From Candidatus Poribacteria bacterium (lineage in GTDB: Bacteria > Poribacteria > WGA-4E > GCA-2687025), in the NCBI GenBank assembly GCA_963665845.2, contig OY762492.1:1920001-1984000 (forward strand): a DNA stretch of 64,000 nt, read 5' to 3'. The notes beneath the pieces are model-generated. The model saw only the letters and a program-made list of their open reading frames with translations, searched no databases and was not told where the DNA came from. Made by a program: the position numbers and the translations under genes. Numbering within the stretch: position 1 is the first letter of the stretch; every line of letters begins with the position of its first letter. Below are positions 29,374-39,536 of this stretch, piece after piece.

Positions 29374-30522
29374 TCATTTTTCTTCCCTGTTGATATAAAT
29401 CCGCTGAACGCGCTCGCCGAGGCATGCCAGCAGCTCGTATGGATGCGTCCCGAACTGCGCGGCTGCGTCTTCGGCGCCGATCCGCTTTCCCCCGTCTTCG
29501 CCGAGAAGGGTCGCCTCGGTTCCCGTCTGCGCTTCGGGTATGCCGCCAACATCCAGCATGAAAGCGTCCATCATCACGCCGCCTAGTATACGCGCAAATT
29601 TGCCGCATATCAATACGTTAACGCCCTCCGCCGTTAAAGGTTTCATGCGCGCCGGTCGAAACCCGTCCACATATCCGACCGGAAGGACCGCGGCGCGCAT
29701 GGGGCGCTCCGCCCTAAAGGAGCGGTTGTACGAAAGCGTATCGCCGGGCTTTAAATGGACAATCGAGACGATTCTTGTTTTCCATGAAAGAACAGGCTTC
29801 AACGCGACGGAACGCGCCGCTTTCGGATGCGGATAGACGCCGTAAAGGCCGACGCCGATTCGCGCCGCTCCGAGCGCCGATTCAGGAAAGTTGAGCGCGG
29901 CGGCGGTGTTGGCGGCATGGAGAAGCGGTTTATGAAAGCGGGCGGACAAACGCAGCGGTCGAACAGCGTCCAGAAAGGCGTTCAGCTGTTGTCGGGTGAA
30001 GGCGCTGTCGGACAGGCTCGCCTCGGTGAAATGAGTCGACACGCCGGCTAGGCGCAGGGCGGGGCTGTCTTGAACCTTTTGGACAAGGGCGGGCAGTTCG
30101 CTTGGATCGGCTCCATACCTGTTCATGCCGGTGTTGAGCGCGATATGGACGGAGGCGGCCATGTTGAGTCGGCGCGCGGTCCGATCGGCGCGTTCCATTT
30201 CGTCAGCGCCGGCGGCGGTGATCTCCGCGCCCGCCAGGAGCGCCGCCTCCAGCTCATCCTCAAAAAGCGGGTAAAGCAGCAGTATCGGTTTCTGGACGCC
30301 CGCCTCTCGAAGCTGCGCCGCCTCGCTTGGGGAGGCGACCGCGAACCTGTCCACAATAGAATGAAGCGCCTTTGCGATTTCGGGCGCGCCGTGTCCGTAG
30401 GCGTTCGCTTTGACGACCGCAATCAGTTCGGCGTTTCCGAGGCGTTTTTTGAATTGACGCGCGTTCTCGCGCAGCGCTGCGCAGTCGATCTCCGCCCATG
30501 AGCGCGCCCCGCGTCCGTTCAA
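29374..30522 (-). CDS. alr: Alanine racemase
   Basis: AVVKANAYGHG, TGMNRYG, STHF, PVGYVDG. Confidence 0.93.
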   Translation of the reverse strand: MNGRGARSWAEIDCAALRENARQFKKRLGNAELIAVVKANAYGHGAPEIAKALHSIVDRFAVASPSEAAQLREAGVQKPILLLYPLFEDELEAALLAGAEITAAGADEMERADRTARRLNMAASVHIALNTGMNRYGADPSELPALVQKVQDSPALRLAGVSTHFTEASLSDSAFTRQQLNAFLDAVRPLRLSARFHKPLLHAANTAAALNFPESALGAARIGVGLYGVYPHPKAARSVALKPVLSWKTRIVSIVHLKPGDTLSYNRSFRAERPMRAAVLPVGYVDGFRPARMKPLTAEGVNVLICGKFARILGGVMMDAFMLDVGGIPEAQTGTEATLLGEDGGKRIGAEDAAAQFGTHPYELLACLGERVQRIYINREEK

Positions 30523-33368
30523 AAGTCGCGGTCAATGCGGAACAGGGCGCGCCATTCGGACGCTTTCACCAGGTCGTGCCCCCGCGCCAGGTCCCAGCGC
30601 AGCTGATGTCCAAGGATGCGCGCCCGCGCTCCGAACCCGAACTGCCATTTGAGATCCTCCAGCCGCGTCTGTCCGTTGACGACGCGGGCGGCTCTCGGCT
30701 TCCCGCCCTTCTGCCATGCGGCGCCCGCGTCCATGAACAGAACGCCCCGTATGGAGCGCAGGCGAATGCGCGCCGGCCATGAGAGCGACAACTCGCGCAC
30801 AAACGGAACGCGCAGCTCAAGCGAACTGAACGCGGCGCGGGAGCCTGAAAACGCTTCAAAACGAGAGCCGCGCAGAGACGTATGCCCCCCAAGATAGGTC
30901 AGCTCCGGGGCGGTTCCGCCGCTGTGAAAGGCGGCAACGCGACCGGCAAAGACGGCGCTTTGACCCAAAGGCGCGTAAAGGCGCGCGTCGGCAGAGAAGG
31001 TGAGCGCGTTGACGCCGTCCCCTCCGCGAACGCCGTACCCCTCAATTCTAAAGCGGGTACCCGCCACGGGACCGACAGAGGAGAACACGCTCGCGTTGTC
31101 ATGCACAAAGGAAACGCCCAGAAACGCTGTATGGGCGGGCTTCAAGATGTCCGCGTCGATTCCGCGCGCGTCATGGCGGTAACGAAGCGGAGCGCGGACG
31201 CCGCCGAGAGACGCTTCAATGCGTTTGACTCGGCTGAGCGGATACTCGGCGGAGAGAGCGGCGGACGACTCGGTCTGCCGTTTCAACGCGCCTGTTTCGT
31301 CTCGATGCAGCCGTTCGGAGCGGTCGACCGCGAGGCGGTATTTGACGGGCCGTTTCAACCATTCCATTTGAACAGCGGCGGAGGGGGCTGTTTTTGCTGA
31401 AGGCGCGGCGAGCGCGCGCAGCCGAAAATCGCCTGTCCAAGAGGCGGCGAGCGCTTCCAGCGCGGCGCGCGCGGCTCCGTCGTTCGGCGTGTAAAGGCGG
31501 AAGGAGAGTCCATCCAGCGTGAAGCCGAACGGAAGCGGCTGCGCAGGCGGAGTCTCCCGCGCGTCCGCCGTTTCGATGGGTTCCTCCTGTTCAGACGGCT
31601 CAGTCGGCGCCGGCAGATCGGACGGCTCCCGTTCCGCTTGATTCATCGGGAGCGAAAAAAGCGTTTCAAGCCCGCGGTGAAGCGACGAGAAGGCGATCTG
31701 CGAACCGTCCGGCGACACGGCGGGCGTGGAGGCTCCCGCCAAAAAGTTGGTGATGCGCTGCGGGCTGCCCTTCCCCTCCGCGCCGGGCTGATACAGGTAG
31801 ATGTCCCGCGCGCCCGACCATTCCGCCGTAAAATAAAACGCCCCTGTCTCCTTCGCCCAGAACGGGTCGTACACTCCCCCCGCTCCGTCCAGCAGCTCCG
31901 TCTGTTCCCCCGTCTCAAGGTTTAGGGAGATCAGCCTTGACCTTCCCGCGCGTTCGGAGGCGTAAAGAGCCGTTGTGCCGGTCGGGTCGATGACGGGGGA
32001 GGAGTCGTAATGCGCGTCATTCGTGAGACGGCGGGGCGCTGACGCCTCTTCCGCCCCGTTGAGCGCGATCTCAAACAGATCGGTCTGTCCGTCCACGGAG
32101 GCGGCGAGAAGAACCCGCTTGCCGTCCGGATAAACGGCGGGGGAATGAGCCTCTTTAAAAGGAAGATCGATGCATCGGCGCAGCTCGCCGATGACGACGT
32201 CGGAGACGATGAGGCGCAGCCGACCCCCCTTGCGCCCGATATAGAGAACCGCGTCGCCGTCCGGCGTCCAAGCGAGGGCGCGTCCCTTGACCGGCATCGA
32301 ATCGAATTGACGGCGCGCCGATTTGGAGATGTTTTGAATCATGGAGCCGTCCCGCGCCGACAGAAGCCACACCTCGTCGCGCCGGTAGCTCCGCACAACG
32401 GCGGCGAGAGCCTCTCCTTTGGGCGACCATGCGGGGCTGAATGTGTGGGCGGGGACGTTCACCGGCAGAGCGCGCGCCGCGTAATCGATCGGCTCCTTCG
32501 CGCGGATGAGGGGCCAGTATTTTTTCTTTGCGTCCCGCTGCCACCGCTTATTAAACGTCTCGAAGTCGATGCCGAGCGTTTTTTGGAGCGGTTTGTCCAT
32601 GTCGCCTGTGCGCTCTTGCGCGGCGGCGGTCAACAGCTGACCGAGCGCGCGGTCGCCGTACTGTTCAGCGATATACGCGGCGGCGGAGTATCCCTGCGCG
32701 GCTGCCAGATCCAGATCGCCTCCGCGCTTCGCCAGCGCGTTGAAATCGTTCAGACTGTCCAGCGAGTCGAGCTGGTTGTTGAGGCTTGCGCCGCGCAGGA
32801 CCGCCTCTTCGCGCAGCCGACCCGGCCCCGCCAAGTAAAGCGCCGTCCCTTCCAAGAACCAGTCGGGCGGATGAAACAGCGGACCGAGTCCGACCGCCTC
32901 CCAGCCGCCGTTCGGGTACAGTATTTGCTGTTGAAGTTCGCGCGCGGCGAAATATCGAACCGACCGCCGAAAATCGGACTCCAGCCCGTCAAACACGATC
33001 ATCTTCCGCCGGCGCAGAAGCGGCGACCATGCCCGCAGACGAGTGTCCGCGCCGCCGGCGGGTATGTTGGACGCGGCGGCGGCGTAACGCGACGGAAAGA
33101 CGAACCACGCGCCCGCCTTTTCAAGACGCAGACCGAGCCGCTTCTCCATTTCGTCCGCCGCTTCTTCCGCTGTTGTCAACGCGCGGCGCGCCAGCTCCTC
33201 CGCCCCCTTCGGATAAGCGATGCGAAAACGTTCCGACGCGATCGAGTTCCATTCAAGAGGGGGGGACGGGGGGCGGTTTTGACCGTATGCGCCGGTCGAA
33301 ATCGCCTCGGCGGACGGCGCCGTCAACGCGGCGGCGCATGCAATCAGCAGCGCGGGAAGCAGTCTCAT
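30519..33368 (-). CDS. Omp85/BamA-TamA family outer-membrane protein with N-terminal peptidase-MA-like and TolB/PD40 propeller domains
   Basis: Signal peptide, PDWFLEG.A.Y, SPAWSP repeats, LGG..SLRG, ELRVP, FMDAG, C-terminal Phe. Confidence 0.78.
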   Translation of the reverse strand: MRLLPALLIACAAALTAPSAEAISTGAYGQNRPPSPPLEWNSIASERFRIAYPKGAEELARRALTTAEEAADEMEKRLGLRLEKAGAWFVFPSRYAAAASNIPAGGADTRLRAWSPLLRRRKMIVFDGLESDFRRSVRYFAARELQQQILYPNGGWEAVGLGPLFHPPDWFLEGTALYLAGPGRLREEAVLRGASLNNQLDSLDSLNDFNALAKRGGDLDLAAAQGYSAAAYIAEQYGDRALGQLLTAAAQERTGDMDKPLQKTLGIDFETFNKRWQRDAKKKYWPLIRAKEPIDYAARALPVNVPAHTFSPAWSPKGEALAAVVRSYRRDEVWLLSARDGSMIQNISKSARRQFDSMPVKGRALAWTPDGDAVLYIGRKGGRLRLIVSDVVIGELRRCIDLPFKEAHSPAVYPDGKRVLLAASVDGQTDLFEIALNGAEEASAPRRLTNDAHYDSSPVIDPTGTTALYASERAGRSRLISLNLETGEQTELLDGAGGVYDPFWAKETGAFYFTAEWSGARDIYLYQPGAEGKGSPQRITNFLAGASTPAVSPDGSQIAFSSLHRGLETLFSLPMNQAEREPSDLPAPTEPSEQEEPIETADARETPPAQPLPFGFTLDGLSFRLYTPNDGAARAALEALAASWTGDFRLRALAAPSAKTAPSAAVQMEWLKRPVKYRLAVDRSERLHRDETGALKRQTESSAALSAEYPLSRVKRIEASLGGVRAPLRYRHDARGIDADILKPAHTAFLGVSFVHDNASVFSSVGPVAGTRFRIEGYGVRGGDGVNALTFSADARLYAPLGQSAVFAGRVAAFHSGGTAPELTYLGGHTSLRGSRFEAFSGSRAAFSSLELRVPFVRELSLSWPARIRLRSIRGVLFMDAGAAWQKGGKPRAARVVNGQTRLEDLKWQFGFGARARILGHQLRWDLARGHDLVKASEWRALFRIDRDF

Positions 33369-34051
33369 CGAGCCAGCGTCCTTTCTTCAATCTCGTAATG
33401 CGGCGCAATGGCGCGGATAAATTTGAGAACCGCGCGCCTGCCCAGCTGCGACGCCGTCTCGGTGGAGCTGAACGCCTCGCTCGCAATGGCGGTGAGAGCG
33501 TTGTGCGGCTCGCGGTAACGCTCCGTCAACGACTGCCGAAAGATCGGTTCGCCGCTCTCCGAATCGATGACCGCGATGTCCAGCTTGAAATAGTGGGAGC
33601 GGACGATGCGCGTTTCCACCTCCGTAATGATGCGCTGCTGCGCGTACGAGTAACGATCCACCGGCTGATGCTGAACGTCCAAGATCGTGTCGTAGGAGGC
33701 TTGGGCGGCGATGAGCGCGTCCACCTCAAAAAGATCCGCCCAGTCGCGCGCCTTGTCAGGGTCCGCCCAGTCGCCGGCGTTCAGCTCTTCGCCCGCCATC
33801 AGGGAGCGCGTGACCGCGCCGCTGACGACCGACGCGTCCGCCGAACGCCCGATGCGCTCGCGCGTCATTTCGGTTATCTCTTCCAGGACAGCGTCCGGCA
33901 GCCTGCCGCTTTCATCGACAAACGGAAGCGCCGCAAAGGAGCGGTGTTTCTGCAGGTCAATGGCGGAGGCAACCTTGACCCTTATGGGAGCCTTGACGGT
34001 CGACTGGCATCCGACAGCGGCTGCGAGCAGCAAGACGGCTAAGGTTCGCAT
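33365..34051 (-). CDS. Predicted lipoprotein
   Basis: Lipobox AAVGC and AALPF motif. Translationally coupled to its neighbours. Confidence 0.7.
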   Translation of the reverse strand: MRTLAVLLLAAAVGCQSTVKAPIRVKVASAIDLQKHRSFAALPFVDESGRLPDAVLEEITEMTRERIGRSADASVVSGAVTRSLMAGEELNAGDWADPDKARDWADLFEVDALIAAQASYDTILDVQHQPVDRYSYAQQRIITEVETRIVRSHYFKLDIAVIDSESGEPIFRQSLTERYREPHNALTAIASEAFSSTETASQLGRRAVLKFIRAIAPHYEIEERTLAR

Positions 34052-34428
34052 GATTCGGTCGTCTCCGTCTCGTTGGGCGGGGCGGCGGCGCGCCCTGCGC
34101 GTTGTTTGTTCATTTCCGCCATGCGCAGATTTTGAATGTAATGTTTGTTGTTTGGGTCGAGGCTCAACGCCCGCTCATACGCTTCGAGGGCGTCGTCGTA
34201 CTGCTCCGCCGCTTCGTAGGCGGCGCCGAGGTTGTTCCACACCTTTGCGTTTCCGCCGAGGGCGGCGGCTTGCTCCCATCGAAACGCCGCCTCTTTCCAG
34301 AGTCCATGTTCGGCTAAACGGACGCCGTAACGGTTGTAGGCGTCGATTCGGTCGGCGGAACCGGCGCAGCCGCACAGGCATGCGGCGCATACGGCGGCGG
34401 CTGTCCATATCCAACGGGCGCGCGGCAT
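34039..34428 (-). CDS. Tetratricopeptide-repeat lipoprotein
   Basis: LCGC lipobox and TPR VWNNLGAAYEAA..YDDALEAYERALSLDP. Confidence 0.8.
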   Translation of the reverse strand: MPRARWIWTAAAVCAACLCGCAGSADRIDAYNRYGVRLAEHGLWKEAAFRWEQAAALGGNAKVWNNLGAAYEAAEQYDDALEAYERALSLDPNNKHYIQNLRMAEMNKQRAGRAAAPPNETETTESCEP

Positions 34429-34647
34429 TCGTCTCTCTCCGTCTTGCGGGCGGCTCCTTCGATACGTTTATAGTATAACGCATGGCGCCATGTTCGCCAT
34501 CATGTTTTCATTGCGGCATGCGAGTCAAGAAGGAACGGGAGTCCAGAGTCCCGACAGAAACCGTCCGCGTCATCGCTCGGATAGTTGAAGCGGAGAGGCG
34601 GCGCCCGGGAGGGAAGGCGGAGAAGGAGGCTCCTCTCCGCCCGCCCG

Positions 34648-35760
34648 TCATTCTTTGGCGGGGGCTTTCTCCTCCGTCGGCGTTTCTTCAGCGTCCGCCT
34701 TTTTTATCTTGCCCCATGGCGCTTTTTTTTTACCCACTGGGTCGACGGAGAGGAAGCGGCCCTTGCCCGCCAAAACCCAAGTTGGCGAATCCACACCCCG
34801 CTTGATGAGCGTCGTCTTTCCCGTAGCGACATGCATGCGGTAAATGCCTTCCGGCGCTGGATGGTTCGGGTCACTTGAAGAGCCAAAGTAAACAATCCAT
34901 TTAGAATCGGGAGACCAATCGACGCCGATTTCAAAGTGTGTATTGTACGAGAGTCGCTCCACATTTGAGCCGTCCGGGTTCATCAAGTAAAGTTCCCACG
35001 CCTTCGGGGAAGGAAATTTACGGTAGGACACAAATACGATCTTTCGCCCGTCCGGCGACCATACGGGATAGGCGTCTGCTTTTGGATGGTTGCTGATGTT
35101 GACCATATTCGATCCGTCGGCGTCCATGACATAGACCTCGTTGTTTCGCACAGCCTCCTCCACTAAATGAGGCTCTTCCAAGGCTCCGAACGCGATCTTC
35201 TTGCCGTCCGGCGACCATGACGGAATTCCGTATGCAGGATTTCGCCGGGGAAAATCGGTCAGCTGAACAGATGCGCCGCTGCGGATATTGACCTTGAAGA
35301 TGTTCGCCGCAAGGATGAGATTGGTGATGCGCCATGTGTCGACAATCGCCACCCAGTTTCCGTCCGGCGACCAAGAGGGGTAAACATAATCGCCTACCCC
35401 CTCTGGGAGCCATTCCAGCAGATTTTGGACGGCGCCGGTTTCCAGATTCAACACATAAGGCGTGTAGCTCCTGTCGGCTCCATCGTACACGACGACTGCG
35501 GCGCGCTTCCCGTCCGGCGACCAGTATGCGCTGCCGGAGAACCGCGCTTTTCCGTCGCCTATCCAGAGACGATCGTTCTTGCCGTCCCAGTCCATGAGGC
35601 GAATCTCATACCCGTCTCCTGTAGCATAGCAGACGGTCGGTTTGGTCAGCTTCGTCACATCCTCTCGATGCTTTGGCAGCGGCAGGACAGCAAACGCCGG
35701 TTGAGAATGTATCAGCAAAGCGACGAGAGCGAAACAGGCGAAAATTCGAATCTGTCGCAT
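34648..35760 (-). CDS. Secreted TolB/PD40 beta-propeller protein with VDPxGK..WG tail
   Basis: Signal peptide, five WSPD repeats, YVMDADGSN, C-terminal SVDPVGKKKAPWGKIK. Confidence 0.88.
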   Translation of the reverse strand: MRQIRIFACFALVALLIHSQPAFAVLPLPKHREDVTKLTKPTVCYATGDGYEIRLMDWDGKNDRLWIGDGKARFSGSAYWSPDGKRAAVVVYDGADRSYTPYVLNLETGAVQNLLEWLPEGVGDYVYPSWSPDGNWVAIVDTWRITNLILAANIFKVNIRSGASVQLTDFPRRNPAYGIPSWSPDGKKIAFGALEEPHLVEEAVRNNEVYVMDADGSNMVNISNHPKADAYPVWSPDGRKIVFVSYRKFPSPKAWELYLMNPDGSNVERLSYNTHFEIGVDWSPDSKWIVYFGSSSDPNHPAPEGIYRMHVATGKTTLIKRGVDSPTWVLAGKGRFLSVDPVGKKKAPWGKIKKADAEETPTEEKAPAKE

Positions 35761-35991
35761 TGAATCGTACCTTCCAAAATGTAACCGCTCAAACTTGAAT
35801 CCGCAGTTCCAAAGATAGAGGCGCAGGGGGCGGGTTTGAAGCCGCGCCCCTGTTCCTCAGCAGCGTCAATCTGCAAGCAGTTTGGCTTTTCGCTTACTGC
35901 TCCAGATCGTGCCGCCGCCTGTCTGAGGCAAACCGCTTTTAGTCGATGCGCCGCCGAGAGGCATTACGGCAAAGGGCGCCGTCAAGGCGGA

Positions 35992-36891
35992 TCATGGGCG
36001 CCATTCCAGCTCCGCGGCGACAGGGAAATGGTCGCTTGGGTACTGTCCGTCCATCTCAAACAGGTGGGTCTCATACGCGACCGCTTTTAGCCCGCCTCGC
36101 AGAAGTATCCAGTCGATGCGCGCGCCCTCCCGCGGACCGCGCCAACCGTGGAAGGTGGCGATGTTTGGTATGTCGACTCCAGATTCCAGCGCGGCGTCCC
36201 GAAAACCCGCCTCCTCGGTCAAAATCTCATACGGGCGGCTGCGTTCGGCGGCGGCGTTGAAATCGCCCAACAGAACGATCGGGAGATCAGGGTTCAGCTC
36301 GGCGCAGCGCGCGGCGACCAGCTGCGCCGAACGGACGCGCGCCTCCTCCACCACATGATCAAAATGCGTGTTGACGACGTAAAGCTCTCGATCCGCCGCC
36401 TTGTCCAAGAACCTGACCCATGTCGCCATCCGCACCACCGTATTTCCCCAACTGGAGGAGCCGACAACGTTCGGCGTGTCGGAGAGCCAGTAATGGTCAA
36501 ATTCCAGCGGCTCAAACCTGTCCCGCTTGAAAAAGACCGCCATGAACTCGCCTCGGCTTCCGCCGCTGCGCCCCGTCCCGATCCACTCGTATTCAGGCAT
36601 GTCCGCCGCCATATCGCGCAGCTGACGGTACACCCCCTCCTGCGTTCCGACGATGTCGGGGTCATGCTGTCGGCGCCACTCGCGGACAACGGGGCGGCGT
36701 TCCTGCCATGAGTTCGGCGGCTCATACTGCGCAAATTTCAGGTTGAAGGAGACGGCGCGGATTCGAGAAGCGGCGGTATTGTTCATAGGATCAGTTTCTT
36801 CGGTTGAAGCGGAAACAGTAACGAAAGCCAACAAGCATACTGCCGCCGGCAACAGCGTTCGCCCGCCGGCATGTTTAAACTCAAAAACCAT
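35992..36891 (-). CDS. Endonuclease/exonuclease/phosphatase family protein
   Basis: SFNL, GTQE, NTHFDH, GDFN, IDWI, SDHFP. Confidence 0.88.
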   Translation of the reverse strand: MVFEFKHAGGRTLLPAAVCLLAFVTVSASTEETDPMNNTAASRIRAVSFNLKFAQYEPPNSWQERRPVVREWRRQHDPDIVGTQEGVYRQLRDMAADMPEYEWIGTGRSGGSRGEFMAVFFKRDRFEPLEFDHYWLSDTPNVVGSSSWGNTVVRMATWVRFLDKAADRELYVVNTHFDHVVEEARVRSAQLVAARCAELNPDLPIVLLGDFNAAAERSRPYEILTEEAGFRDAALESGVDIPNIATFHGWRGPREGARIDWILLRGGLKAVAYETHLFEMDGQYPSDHFPVAAELEWRP

Positions 36892-36961
36892 TAATAAGGC
36901 GCTTTCGGTTCATATCGGCTATCATGATGTCCATAGCCATTTTACCATAGAAAGAGGCAGC

Positions 36962-37816
36962 GTGTTTAAAACTCCATCGATCGTCTTCTTGATCCAATGC
37001 CCCGACCAGAAGGGACTTGTCGCCGCGGTGAGCAATTTCTTTTTTGAGCGCGGGTTCAACATCCTGGGCAATCAGCAGTACACCGATTCGGCGCGCAACA
37101 TCTACTACATGCGGATCGAGCTGGATCTGCGCCACCTGGCTGTGTCGCGCCAGCATCTTGAGGAGGAGTTTGACGAGTTGGCCAGGGCGCTCAGCATGAA
37201 ATGGACGGTACACTACTCCGACCTTCGCCCGCGCGCCGCCATCCTCGCGACGAGAGCTCCGCACTGTCTTTACGACCTGTTGCTGCGCCAAAAAGAGGGG
37301 GAACTGGAGTGCGACATTCCGCTCATTATCAGCAACCATGCGTATCTGGAGGAGGCCGCCAATCTGTTCCGCATTCCGTTCCACTGCCTGCCTGTCGGCG
37401 ACGACCGAGACGCCCAGGAGCGCCGCGTCCTGGAGCTGCTCAAAGCGCATCATATCGATCTTGTCATTCTGGCGCGGTATATGCAGATTCTTTCCAAGCG
37501 CGCTATTGACGCCTATCCGAACTGCATTATCAACATTCACCATGCGTTTTTGCCGGCGTTTCAGGGCGCATACCCGTATCGGCAGGCGTATGAGCGCGGC
37601 GTCAAAATGATCGGAGCGACGGCGCATTACGCCACTGAAGACCTTGACCAGGGGCCGATCCTTGAGCAGGACGCGGTGCGCGTGACGCATGAGCAGTCCC
37701 CGCGCGATCTTGAACAGATCGGGCGCGATATTGAGCGGGTCGTGCTGGCGAAAGCTGTCAAGGCGCACCTTGAGCGGCGCGTCATGGTCTCTGAAAACCG
37801 CGCCATCGTCTTCTAA
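36962..37816 (+). CDS. purU: Formyltetrahydrofolate deformylase
   Basis: CPDQKGLVA, LARYMQILS, INIHHAFLPAF.GA.PY, GVKMIGATAH. GTG start after GAGG. Confidence 0.95.
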   Translation: MFKTPSIVFLIQCPDQKGLVAAVSNFFFERGFNILGNQQYTDSARNIYYMRIELDLRHLAVSRQHLEEEFDELARALSMKWTVHYSDLRPRAAILATRAPHCLYDLLLRQKEGELECDIPLIISNHAYLEEAANLFRIPFHCLPVGDDRDAQERRVLELLKAHHIDLVILARYMQILSKRAIDAYPNCIINIHHAFLPAFQGAYPYRQAYERGVKMIGATAHYATEDLDQGPILEQDAVRVTHEQSPRDLEQIGRDIERVVLAKAVKAHLERRVMVSENRAIVF

Positions 37817-37824
37817 ACGGACGT

Positions 37825-38853
37825 TTAGCCCGCCTCGTCAACGCCGTCCCAGGTGTAGCCTTCGATCTCGCCTTTTCGGACGAGCAGCGACGACTGAATC
37901 ATGGCGCGCAGGCTGCCTCTGGGCTGAAAACCGATCAGGCTTTTCGCCTTGTTGATGCAGTGGTCGTATACCCATCGGACCGGCAGGCGCGCCTCCACAG
38001 GCTCCTGACCCGTCCATTCGCGCATGATCTCCGCCGCTTCGACAAAGGAGAACGGGGCGGGCGCGCCGAGGTTGAACGACTCATGGACAGCCGCTTCGGA
38101 GCGTATCGCGCATATCATCGCAAGGGCGACGTCGCGCGCGTCGTTCGGCTGATACATCCATGGGCGCCCGTCCAGGTCTGTCGCGGCGCATGGCTGGGAC
38201 ATGCTCTCCGCCTTCTCTTCCAGTTCGCGCCATGGCTCCGTGCCGGCGGGGGTGTGGATTTCGCTGAGCGGATGCCGCTGCCCGTTTTTCAAGAGTCCGA
38301 CCGCCCTGCCGACGCTCAAATTGCTCAATACCGAGTCGCCGGAAAGCGCATGGCTTGGACGGACGATCGTCCATCGCAAGCCCGTACTTCGCCCCGCGTC
38401 TTCAGCCATGAATTCGCCAATCAGCTTGGAGAGGTTATACTCGCCGGGCGCGCGCTTCGGGTGGAGTTCATCGACAGGGTGGTAGGCGCAGGCGAGGTTG
38501 TGGCTGTCGTTCGGAAAGACGCCCGACGAGCTGACGTACACATAACGCTCCAGCCGGTCGGCATTCTGGGCGCAAACGCGCGTGACGACGCGGTTCGTTT
38601 GAATGTTGTTGTCGAAATGGGGACCGACAAGGTTGGCGGTGTGCGCGACCGCGTCCACGCCGTCGACCGCTTTTTGAACAAATTCGTCGTCCTGCAGGTC
38701 GCCCGCCAGCAGTTCAACATCGATTCCGTCTAGGCGTTCGATGGCGGGGTCGTCTGGGAGAACGGTTCCGCGCGCCTCCCAGTTTTGGTCAAGTATCTGT
38801 CGGACAAGCCTGCATCCGACCTGCCCCGCGGCGCCCGTTACAAGTACTTTCAT
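37825..38853 (-). CDS. NAD-dependent epimerase/dehydratase family protein
   Basis: MKVLVTGAAGQVG, YNLSK. Confidence 0.85.
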   Translation of the reverse strand: MKVLVTGAAGQVGCRLVRQILDQNWEARGTVLPDDPAIERLDGIDVELLAGDLQDDEFVQKAVDGVDAVAHTANLVGPHFDNNIQTNRVVTRVCAQNADRLERYVYVSSSGVFPNDSHNLACAYHPVDELHPKRAPGEYNLSKLIGEFMAEDAGRSTGLRWTIVRPSHALSGDSVLSNLSVGRAVGLLKNGQRHPLSEIHTPAGTEPWRELEEKAESMSQPCAATDLDGRPWMYQPNDARDVALAMICAIRSEAAVHESFNLGAPAPFSFVEAAEIMREWTGQEPVEARLPVRWVYDHCINKAKSLIGFQPRGSLRAMIQSSLLVRKGEIEGYTWDGVDEAG

Positions 38854-38892
38854 ATCGGAAAACTCCCTGTCGGCATTCGGTTCACGCTGCGC

Positions 38893-38921
38893 ATTATGCA
38901 TGGGAACGGGCGGCGCGTCAA
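38893..38921 (-). promoter_or_regulatory. sigma70-type promoter of the epimerase gene
   Basis: TTGACG-N17-CATAAT. Confidence 0.7.
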
Positions 38922-38934
38922 GCGGAACCTAACA

Positions 38935-39350
38935 GACCTCATGTTAAAAGTTGAGACATTTGAACCGACGATCGCTTTATTCATGGGAAAAAGGCTCCGC
39001 CAACCAGGCCGTCATTCCCGCGCAAGCGGGAATCCAGAGGCGCCGCCGAAACCGTCTGCTGTCTGAACTAGGATTGCCAAGATTGAAAAGATTGCCAAGA
39101 GGATTCCCGTAAGCCGCGCTCTTGGCAATCTTAATCGTCCTTCCATCCCAGTTCAAACAAGCGCAACCCGCGCGCCAAACCCCCTAGCCCCTTACGCCTA
39201 AAGTTGGGACATTTGAACCAACGATCGCTCTATTCATAGGAAAAGGCTCCGCCAACCAGACCGTCATTCCCGCGTAAGCGGGAATCCAGAGGCGCCGCAG
39301 AAGACGTCTGCGTTCGCCCGCCGGCATGTCCTAACTAAAGACGTAAGGTC
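38935..39350 (+). mobile_element. Mosaic: family A left part, palindrome C (39064-39155), partial hairpin module, second family A copy
   Basis: Two AAAGTTGRGACATTTGAACC starts, two ATTCCC-N8-GGGAAT cores, right end CTAACTAAAGACGTAAGGTC. Confidence 0.82.
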
Positions 39351-39536
39351 TATTGAAGCGGTTGATGGGCGACAAGGAGCCGCTGTTTAGGCATATCGCC
39401 AAACGGCAAGGCGGTGAACTGCCCATGCGCCCCGTTTCGTTGTTTCCGTAGGCCGTCCGCCGTTAATCCTCAATGAGTCCCAAATCCAGCTCAATGATTT
39501 TGAAATCGGGATGATCTTTTTCTCCCCATCGAATCG

